Positions 25,039 to 32,510 of a DNA stretch of 32,510 nt are shown one piece after another. Source of the stretch: Chthoniobacteraceae bacterium (GTDB lineage Bacteria > Verrucomicrobiota > Verrucomicrobiia > Chthoniobacterales > Chthoniobacteraceae); the NCBI GenBank assembly GCA_031409655.1, contig JANNXQ010000270.1:1-32510 (forward strand), read 5' to 3'. The position numbers and the translations under genes are program-made. The notes beneath the pieces are model-generated. The model saw only the letters and a list, made by a program, of their open reading frames with translations. It searched no databases and had not been told where the DNA came from. The first letter of the stretch is position 1. Every line of letters begins with the position of its first letter.

Positions 25039-28000
25039 ATGAAAAGTCTGCGTATCGCCCTCCCGATCGCTGCGGTCCTGGCAGCGATTTCCGCCTTCCT
25101 TTGGCTTCAGAACCTCCCGCCCTCTGTGCCAGACGGCCCTGGCTTGCCAAACCTGCCAGTTCAGCCGGGCCGAGTTGCCGCCGCGGCAGGAACGCTCGTC
25201 GCCCCTGCTTCTGCACTCGTTCTGCCTGCGCCTGGAGTCATGCCGTCGCCCGCAAAGCCGGAGGTCATCGATAAATCGCCACTGCACTCGAATGTTTGGC
25301 GCGATCCCTATGCGCCGGCGCTATCGCATGCGAAATTCGAGCGCCAGGAGCGGCACGTATTTCACGCGCAGCCATGGGAAGTGGATTTGGCGAGCGGCCT
25401 GGACCTCCAGCCAGGGGAGAGGCTGGAGCGGCGTAGCGGCTTTTTCGTTGCGTCAGATATGCCGTATGCCCGCATCCGGCTCGACCGGGTCTACCGTCTC
25501 GGCCAGTCATCTGGAGCGACTCCCTCGGGTGTTGCTACTGCGCCTGCGGCTGCTACTCAAGGTGGCAATCAAGTCCTTGGCGACGACTCTCCCCCGACGG
25601 TCCACGCGAGCACGCCCGCCAACGAGCCTGCCGAAGCACAAACTCCCGCACATGCGGCGGCGAATGCCGCAGGCGTCAGGCGGCGCATTCCGGCCGGTGC
25701 TGGCGGGCCACTTGATGCAGGGGGTGGCGAAATCGTTTGGAGCAACGCCATGGTTGCGGATCACGTCATGGTACAAGTGGAGGACGGAATCCGCCGCGAA
25801 AGGCTCGTCGCGACCCTGCCGCCTCTATCCCGCATTCGCAAGCAGGTCACCGCAGGTGGGCTGTATCTCGTGGAAGTGCCGGCCGACGGCGAGCGCAGCA
25901 TCGAACGCGCAGTGCTGGCGCTCAGCCAACTTCGGGGCGTGGTGAAATTTGCGGAGCCCGACTTCTGCATGACCGGCTCAGATCTTCCCGCCAACGATCC
26001 GCTTTTCACGGCCAACCCGGCAGATACGTCCAAGCAGTGGCATCTCGCCAAGATCGCCGCGCCGCGGGCTTGGGGTGTCTTGGTTGCTCCGCCCTTCCCG
26101 ACGAATGACCCGCAATACGAACAGCGGCTCAACCAAACGATCGTCGCGATCGTGGACACGGGATTTGACTACACCCACCCCGATCTCGGGTTGGCCGATT
26201 GGATCAATGCTGGTGAGGATGGCTTGGACGCACAAGGCCGCAGTCGGCGCACCAACGGGGTCGACGACGATGCGAATGGCAAGGTGGATGACTGGCACGG
26301 CTGGGATTTCGTCGATGCGGACAACAATCCTGCAGACGACGTCGGCCACGGCACCCACGTGGCAGGCATCGTTGGAGCGACCGGCAACAACGCCCTTGGA
26401 GTGACGGGCGTGTGCTGGAAGGTAAAGCTACTGAACTTGCGCATCATCAAGAAGAGTGGGACCGGAACGCTCGGCTACTACTCCGGAGCGGTCTCGGCGA
26501 TGGATTACATTCGTGCTCTGAACCAGTTACCCGGTCGCAAGGTCGCCGTAGCTAACCACTCCTGGGGTGGCGGCGGCTACAGCCTCGCCTTGTTGAACGC
26601 TCTCGCCCCTCCGGTGAATGTTGGTGGCCAGAATCTCCCGAAGCCATATGGCACGATTCACGTGGCGGCGGCAGGGAATGCGAATGCGAATGTCGATCTG
26701 CTCGCGCCGACTTATCCAGCGTGTCTGCGGAGTGGGTTTCTGATGAGCATTGGAGCGACAGACATCAATGATGCGTCCGCAGTGTGGCAAACTGGAAGCG
26801 GGTCCAACTACGGCGCGCTCAACGTCGACCTTTTCGCTCCAGGAGGTGGTCCAGGAACGGGAAATGGCATTTGGAGCACGTACTGGAAGCCGGCGAATGC
26901 TGCCGCGCCTTCTGGTTTTATTGCGGTGCCAGGGAGTCAGACGCAGGGCTATCTGGCGCTCCGGGGGACCAGCATGGCGGCACCGCAGGTGGCCGGCGCC
27001 ATCGCACTTTTGCGGATGTATCAGCCCGCACTTACGGAGCTTCAGGTCCGGCAGATCGCCATCGATCAGGTGGACGTGCTGCCCTCCCTCAATGGGAAGT
27101 GCGTGGCCAAAGGCCGGCTCAATCTCGCCAAGATGCTGGATCGCCTTTACACGCCAAACCTGATCAGTGACGGTGGCGGCCTTACCGGTGGTGCTGGCAA
27201 TACCGTCAAGGCTCTCGGCGGCGGACAGACCCTCTACGGTCGAATCTCCGGAACAGTTGGCCACTCGTTTTTCACGCTTACGAGTGATGGAATTCTCGGC
27301 TGGGGCGGGAACACCGCCGCCAGCAATGCCCCGGGGGCGCCGCCGCCTTTGCCTTCAGCGCCCGCGACCGTTACCCCGGGCACGGCGACCGCCAATGTCG
27401 TGATGATCAATGGCTTCGGCACTGGCACGGCACAGGGCTGTCTGTCGCTGTGCAATGACGGCTGCGCGAAGGTCTTTCACTTCAAGACGGGAGTAACCAC
27501 CGAACTTACGGGCTTGGTCGACATCATGTCCATCGTCGCCACCGGCACTATTCATGTTGGCGTGCGTGCAAACGATACATTTGGGGTGACGCCAGTGAGC
27601 GGGACCGTGTGGTATGTGCGACGGGTCGATCCGAACGATCCAGAGAACTTGACCTACGCGACTGCGGCGCGCGTTTTGGACGGTGCCGGCAACCCGTTTA
27701 TGGACGCACTTCAGGTGCAATCCGATGGCGTTCGCACCTATGCGGTCAAACGGGATGGCACAGTTTGGGGCTGGGACTACGACGTGCTCGGCGTTGCCGA
27801 GGTTCCCGCGCAGGTTCCCGTACTCACAAATATCTCGATCATCAGCGGATTTGAGGGCGGCGGCCTCATCGCCCTTCGCGACGATGGCACCGTGTGGGAG
27901 TGGGGCCGGCTGCCGGGCACTGCGAACTTCCAGGCGACTCCAATGCAGCGTGTCTTCGCTCCAATTTATCCGAGCGATCCAGACCATCCAGAGATTTTGG

Positions 28001-29955
28001 ATCTCCCTCCTAAAGTGGTGCAGGCCGTGCGCGGTTTCGATCACGCGCTGGCCATCGACGACCAAGGACTGCTCTTCGCATGGGGCACAAACGAATTCGG
28101 GCAATTGGGAGATGGCACCACGGGTGGGTTCGTCACCGTGCCGGTCGAGGTGCCGGGTGCCAGCGGAGTCGTTTGGACCTCGGTCTCGGCCAGCGCTTTC
28201 GCCACCGCAGCGCTGACGAGCGAAGGTGAAATTTACACCTGGGGTGACAACTCACCCGGAACACTTGGCATCGGTCGCGATTCGGGCAGTTCATTGCCTG
28301 TCGAGATCGGCTTCGGCGGGCCAGTCGTGAGTGTCGCCCACGGCCTGAATTCCGGCTGCTATGCGGTCCGCTCGAATGGCAACATCTTCCGCTGGGGACC
28401 GGAAATTGAGAGCGGTGGTGAGACTGGGACAGGATCGTTTATCCAGGCGCCGGAACTGTTTACCGGCATTTCTGGAGTCACGAAAGTCTTCGCTGGGAAG
28501 GACGTGAAAATCGTCCTGGCGATCAAGGGCGACGGCACCCTTTACTCGTGGGGTTGGAATGGCATGGGCCAGCTCGGTCGCGGCACCCCGCAAGCTGCCT
28601 ATCTGCCTCCCGGCGTGATTCCCGGGATCACAAACGCTGCTACGTGTGCCATTGGATCCAATCTTTGCATGGCCATTCTCGCCGACGGCACACTGCAGCA
28701 ATGGGGAACGAAGGTTTTGGCGGACGCTGCGTCGGCCATCATTTCTCCGGAGAGTGTCCCCGGGCTGGATAGCGTCGCGCAAGTGGCGTCAGGCTACGCG
28801 CACCAAATTGCGCTGCGTAGCGATGGAACGGTCTGGACCTGGGGCCTTGACCGCTCCGGCGAACTCGGGCTCGGTCCCTTCCCTGGCGAACACTATGAAG
28901 GCATCCCGCAACAGGTCACGGGCTTGCCACCCATCGTGTCGATCGATGCCGGATTCTCCACATCCTGGGCGCTCGACGCGACCGGCGCGGTTTGGGTCTG
29001 GGGGGTGAATCCGCGGACCGGGATCGCACATCCAACGCCTGGTCCGCTCCAGACGCTGGGAGCGGTGCCCGTTCAGGTCGCACTCACTGGTGGCGCCCAG
29101 TTGTTCGCCTACGACTCCCTGCTCTTCATTCGCCGCACCGACGGTTTGTTGTTTGGAATGCTGATGGTTGATTCCGCGGATGGCCCCGCACGTCAACTCG
29201 GCCGTGATCCCGCGTCCACCGTTGCCCTTACTGATCTCGCGCAGGTGGTCGGGATCGACCACGTCGCCCACCTGAGCGTGAGCGAGCAGTCCGCGGAGGG
29301 CGTCAATGTTGCGCTGACTACTGAGGGTCGTGTCTTTACCTGGGGCTACGGATTCGGCGGATCACTCGGAGATGGCACTGGCTGGTCGGATGATCCCGTG
29401 CGGGTCCATGGGTTCGCCGGTATCTCCAATCAACTCTCAACCCTCGGCGCCGCCGACGTGCAAAGCTCCTGGCTCCTCGAAAAATTTAGCGTCGGCGAAC
29501 TCGTTGACGAAGCCATCTCCAGCGACGAGGCAGATCCTGACCTTGACGGCCTGAGTAACCTGATCGAATACGCCATCGGCACCAATCCTCGGGTTCCCGA
29601 CCCTCGGACTCCCGACCCAATGGTGCCGGAAGCGCATGAGCTTCCAGCAATCCGCATCGATCAGATCGGCGTTTCGGCAAAGAGCGAGTCCGCGGGGGAC
29701 ATTCAGCTCTTCGCCGTGCCTACGGTCGATCTCACGGACGGCAAGCACTATCAAGTTTTCAGCGTCGCGCGGCTCGGTATCCGCCAAGACATCGAATACG
29801 TCGTCGAGGTTTCGTCCGACCTTGTTTCCTGGCAAAGTGGCGATCCCCACACCGTGACTGTCCTTGATACCGCGGAGGCGCTCGAAGTTTATGACGCTAC
29901 GGCCGTCGAGGACGCTCCTCGTCGCTACATGCGGCTCAAAATTGTCCGACACTAG
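25039..29955 (+). CDS. S8 subtilisin-like serine peptidase with RCC1-like repeats
   Basis: Catalytic triad motifs VAIVDTG, HGTHVAG, GTSMAAP and oxyanion AAAGN; many DG.V..WG.N..GQLG repeats; N-terminal signal/TM from ATG 25039. Confidence 0.93.
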   Translation: MKSLRIALPIAAVLAAISAFLWLQNLPPSVPDGPGLPNLPVQPGRVAAAAGTLVAPASALVLPAPGVMPSPAKPEVIDKSPLHSNVWRDPYAPALSHAKFERQERHVFHAQPWEVDLASGLDLQPGERLERRSGFFVASDMPYARIRLDRVYRLGQSSGATPSGVATAPAAATQGGNQVLGDDSPPTVHASTPANEPAEAQTPAHAAANAAGVRRRIPAGAGGPLDAGGGEIVWSNAMVADHVMVQVEDGIRRERLVATLPPLSRIRKQVTAGGLYLVEVPADGERSIERAVLALSQLRGVVKFAEPDFCMTGSDLPANDPLFTANPADTSKQWHLAKIAAPRAWGVLVAPPFPTNDPQYEQRLNQTIVAIVDTGFDYTHPDLGLADWINAGEDGLDAQGRSRRTNGVDDDANGKVDDWHGWDFVDADNNPADDVGHGTHVAGIVGATGNNALGVTGVCWKVKLLNLRIIKKSGTGTLGYYSGAVSAMDYIRALNQLPGRKVAVANHSWGGGGYSLALLNALAPPVNVGGQNLPKPYGTIHVAAAGNANANVDLLAPTYPACLRSGFLMSIGATDINDASAVWQTGSGSNYGALNVDLFAPGGGPGTGNGIWSTYWKPANAAAPSGFIAVPGSQTQGYLALRGTSMAAPQVAGAIALLRMYQPALTELQVRQIAIDQVDVLPSLNGKCVAKGRLNLAKMLDRLYTPNLISDGGGLTGGAGNTVKALGGGQTLYGRISGTVGHSFFTLTSDGILGWGGNTAASNAPGAPPPLPSAPATVTPGTATANVVMINGFGTGTAQGCLSLCNDGCAKVFHFKTGVTTELTGLVDIMSIVATGTIHVGVRANDTFGVTPVSGTVWYVRRVDPNDPENLTYATAARVLDGAGNPFMDALQVQSDGVRTYAVKRDGTVWGWDYDVLGVAEVPAQVPVLTNISIISGFEGGGLIALRDDGTVWEWGRLPGTANFQATPMQRVFAPIYPSDPDHPEILDLPPKVVQAVRGFDHALAIDDQGLLFAWGTNEFGQLGDGTTGGFVTVPVEVPGASGVVWTSVSASAFATAALTSEGEIYTWGDNSPGTLGIGRDSGSSLPVEIGFGGPVVSVAHGLNSGCYAVRSNGNIFRWGPEIESGGETGTGSFIQAPELFTGISGVTKVFAGKDVKIVLAIKGDGTLYSWGWNGMGQLGRGTPQAAYLPPGVIPGITNAATCAIGSNLCMAILADGTLQQWGTKVLADAASAIISPESVPGLDSVAQVASGYAHQIALRSDGTVWTWGLDRSGELGLGPFPGEHYEGIPQQVTGLPPIVSIDAGFSTSWALDATGAVWVWGVNPRTGIAHPTPGPLQTLGAVPVQVALTGGAQLFAYDSLLFIRRTDGLLFGMLMVDSADGPARQLGRDPASTVALTDLAQVVGIDHVAHLSVSEQSAEGVNVALTTEGRVFTWGYGFGGSLGDGTGWSDDPVRVHGFAGISNQLSTLGAADVQSSWLLEKFSVGELVDEAISSDEADPDLDGLSNLIEYAIGTNPRVPDPRTPDPMVPEAHELPAIRIDQIGVSAKSESAGDIQLFAVPTVDLTDGKHYQVFSVARLGIRQDIEYVVEVSSDLVSWQSGDPHTVTVLDTAEALEVYDATAVEDAPRRYMRLKIVRH

Positions 29956-30011
29956 GCGTCCACCGCGCCGTCATTTTTCACCACAGAGAGATTTCACCCG
30001 GTGAAGCTGCC

Positions 30012-32510
30012 ATGACCTGCCACAAGCACACTCCGCTTCGCACCCACCTTCGCGTTCCATGTCGCGCGAAACTTCGGTGGCTGCTGGTTGCCTGCCTCAC
30101 CGCCATTTCCAGCATTTCCTTGCGCGGAGCTCCTGTGGATCCGGCGCCGGTGCCGGGTTCGGTCTTCGGTGTCAATCACACGGATGTGGTGGTGCCGGAG
30201 GGCGGGGCGGTAGTGACATCGGCAATTCCGATCACTGGAGTGCCGCAGGGGGCGATCGTGACGGGCATCGAGGTCTCGTTTTCTGTGGTGCATGAGTATC
30301 CTGGAGATCTGGAGGTGACGCTGGTGGGCGATAATGCGATCGGACAGCCGCTGAGGAAGGCGCTTTGGTTGCAGGGCGATCATACGCTGGCGGATTATCC
30401 GGCGACGGCGTTGGCGAGCTTCAACAAGGCGCTGGTCAATCAGACGTGGTCTTTGGAAGTCCGTGATCGCGGCGCCAGTGCGGATGTGGGCTACCTCAAT
30501 GAATGGAGGATCCGCATTTATTACTTTGCCCCGCCCGCATTGAAGCTCCCGGGCACGGGGGTGGCACCCGGGGAGACGGTCGGGACTTTGCTGCCGAGGC
30601 TGGAGTGGAATAATGCGGCGGCAGCTTCGAGTTACCGGGTGCGACTTTCGAAGAGCAATGCGAATTCACCGCTCTTCAGTCCCAAGACGACCACGAATAC
30701 GTTTTTAGGCCTTTCATCGAGTCTCTCGACGGCGGAGTCCTATCGGTGGGAAGCGATGTCGCTCCGCAACGGCTTCGAGAGCGAATACGGCGCGCCGTTG
30801 TATTTCAGCACCGCGCCGGCTGGGGTGCTGGTGCCGCCGCCGTTGCTTGCGCCGGGGAACCCTGGGGAGAACAACCGGGCTTTTCTGCCCAATGCCCCCC
30901 CGTTGTTTCAGTGGAGTCCGGTCTCTGGGGCGATTGGCTATAGGGTGTACGTGAGCAAGTATCCCTTTGGGCCTGGTGACGTGGTGCTGGCCCAGGACAG
31001 CGCGGCGGTGAGCTTCACGCCGGCGGCTGGCCAGCTCATTGCTGGAAAGCGTTATCGGTGGACGGCGACGGCGCGCTATGCTGGCGGGCAGGAGAGCGCG
31101 CTCTGGCAGAATGCGCTCTATTTTGAACTGAGCGAGCCGCTGGCGCCGCAAGTAAGTAGTGTGCCGAGCTATCCGCTGACGCGGGGAGTGGGTTTTAGCC
31201 AGCCGATCCTGGCGAGTAATGGGCCGACGAGTTACGATGCGGTGGAGCTGCCGCCGGGATTGACGGTGAACACGAACACCGGAGTCATCAGCGGTGCCCC
31301 GACGCTGACCGGAGTATACGCGGTGTTGTTGGAAGCCTCGAATGCGGCAGGCGCGGGCAATCAACTGGTGGTCTTCAATGTCCGGCCGCCGGCGCCTGTG
31401 ATCACGAGCAACGGAGCGGCGACGGCGTTTGTGGGTCGGCCTTTCTTTTATGCGACCATCGCGACGGATTTTCCGACCAGTTACTCCGCGAGCGGGCTGC
31501 CTGCGGGAGTGACAATCGACCCGCTCAATGGAGAGATCACCGGTGTAGCGGGCGAGTTCGGCACCTTCAATGTAACCTTGAGTGCGACCAACGACGGAGG
31601 CACCGGAACGAAGGCCTTGAGCATCGTGGTCAGCGACGGCGGACCTTACGACACCAAGCTCGCCCCGCGTGGCGTGCATGAGAACCAGCCGATCGGCACG
31701 GTGGTCGGCAACTTCGAGACGCTCGACGGGACGGTGGGCGAAATCTTCACCTATGCGCTGATCCCCGGTCCCGGTTCGGACGACAACGCGCTCTTTGAGA
31801 TCCGCACCGGGGAGCGGGCGCTGCGCACGTTGGCTGTGTTCGATTACGAAGCGCGCAATAGCTACTCGATCCGCGTGCGGACCACCGATGTCAGTGGGCA
31901 GACGCTGGACAAGATCTTCACGGTGCGCGTGCTAAACGTGATCGGCGAGCAACAAGGCGGATTGCTCCTAAGCGATGCGACCATCCGCGAAAACCAGCCC
32001 GCAGGCACTTTGGTAGGATTTCTGAGCGCCGTCGATCCCGATCCGGGCGAGACGTTCACCTTCAGCCTCATAAGCAGCGGAGTGGAAGCGGAGGACAACG
32101 CGAACTTCCAAATCGTGGGCAATCAACTCCGCAGCACGGTGAGCTTCGACATGGAAGCGAGGCGGTTTTACCGGATCCGCATCCGGGTAACCGACAGCGG
32201 GAGCAACACGTTCGAGGAAGTCGCGGTGATCGAAATCCTCGACGACAGCACGGAGGACTTTGATGGGGATGGACTTACCCAAGCGCAGGAAGCGGCGCTG
32301 GGCAGCTTCGATCTGGAGAAGGATGCGGACGGGGACGGCTCTGGTGACGGGGCGGAGGTGCTTGCTGGAACCAATCCACTGGATTCGAGTTCCTTTCCCG
32401 ATGGCACAGTGGTGGCGGTGGGGGCGGGCAGTGCCGTGCTCAATGTGCCTGGCACGCTGCACAGCGTGGTGGATGGGGCGGCCTATGGGTATGGAAGTGT
32501 TGCACTCAAG
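30012..32510 (+). CDS. Large secreted protein: proprotein-convertase P-domain, FN3-like, putative-Ig, cadherin, DxDxDG and start of RCC1-like repeats (runs off the window)
   Basis: Not in the ORF track because it has no stop. Manual translation from ATG 30012: WLLVACLTAISSISLRG signal; HEYPGDLEVTL...WSLEVRD...GYLNEWRI; LPPGLTVN, LPAGVTID; DDNALFEI...FDYEARNSYSIRVRTTD; DFDGDGL, DADGDG. Confidence 0.88.
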   Translation, partial: MTCHKHTPLRTHLRVPCRAKLRWLLVACLTAISSISLRGAPVDPAPVPGSVFGVNHTDVVVPEGGAVVTSAIPITGVPQGAIVTGIEVSFSVVHEYPGDLEVTLVGDNAIGQPLRKALWLQGDHTLADYPATALASFNKALVNQTWSLEVRDRGASADVGYLNEWRIRIYYFAPPALKLPGTGVAPGETVGTLLPRLEWNNAAAASSYRVRLSKSNANSPLFSPKTTTNTFLGLSSSLSTAESYRWEAMSLRNGFESEYGAPLYFSTAPAGVLVPPPLLAPGNPGENNRAFLPNAPPLFQWSPVSGAIGYRVYVSKYPFGPGDVVLAQDSAAVSFTPAAGQLIAGKRYRWTATARYAGGQESALWQNALYFELSEPLAPQVSSVPSYPLTRGVGFSQPILASNGPTSYDAVELPPGLTVNTNTGVISGAPTLTGVYAVLLEASNAAGAGNQLVVFNVRPPAPVITSNGAATAFVGRPFFYATIATDFPTSYSASGLPAGVTIDPLNGEITGVAGEFGTFNVTLSATNDGGTGTKALSIVVSDGGPYDTKLAPRGVHENQPIGTVVGNFETLDGTVGEIFTYALIPGPGSDDNALFEIRTGERALRTLAVFDYEARNSYSIRVRTTDVSGQTLDKIFTVRVLNVIGEQQGGLLLSDATIRENQPAGTLVGFLSAVDPDPGETFTFSLISSGVEAEDNANFQIVGNQLRSTVSFDMEARRFYRIRIRVTDSGSNTFEEVAVIEILDDSTEDFDGDGLTQAQEAALGSFDLEKDADGDGSGDGAEVLAGTNPLDSSSFPDGTVVAVGAGSAVLNVPGTLHSVVDGAAYGYGSVALK

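Noticed and set aside
30069..30078. AAACTTCGG half-site of the parS-like palindrome
   Set aside because: A half-site only, inside a coding region; expected by chance.

Overview
GC-rich bacterial DNA; the secreted-protein architectures suggest Verrucomicrobia, but that is inference. The window has two parts. (1) About 1-16.7 kb looks like a plasmid/ICE-like mobile element. It carries a truncated VirD4/TraD-like coupling ATPase, two secreted cargo proteins (FGE-sulfatase domain; alpha/beta-hydrolase with Ig/cadherin repeats), a complete IS66 with an 8-bp target duplication, an XRE + two-gene module, a VapBC-type toxin-antitoxin pair, leading-region genes including ardC, parAB, a Rep-like gene with internal iterons and an RHH regulator. 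(2) About 16.9-32.5 kb holds a leftward signalling operon (lipoprotein, OM beta-barrel, FecR protein, Ser/Thr kinase-TPR, FHA-adenylate cyclase) divergent from two large secreted proteins (S8 peptidase-RCC1; P-domain/Ig/cadherin protein, truncated). The most striking hidden signals are non-coding. One is a ~400-nt strand-specific structure with two alternative folds, visible only after removing IS66. Another is a 63-bp in-frame mini-hairpin insert carrying a stop codon inside the IS66 transposase. There is also an Frpo-like folded promoter upstream of ardC and a repeated parS-like palindrome. All calls come from motif recognition by eye; no database searches or folding programs were run.
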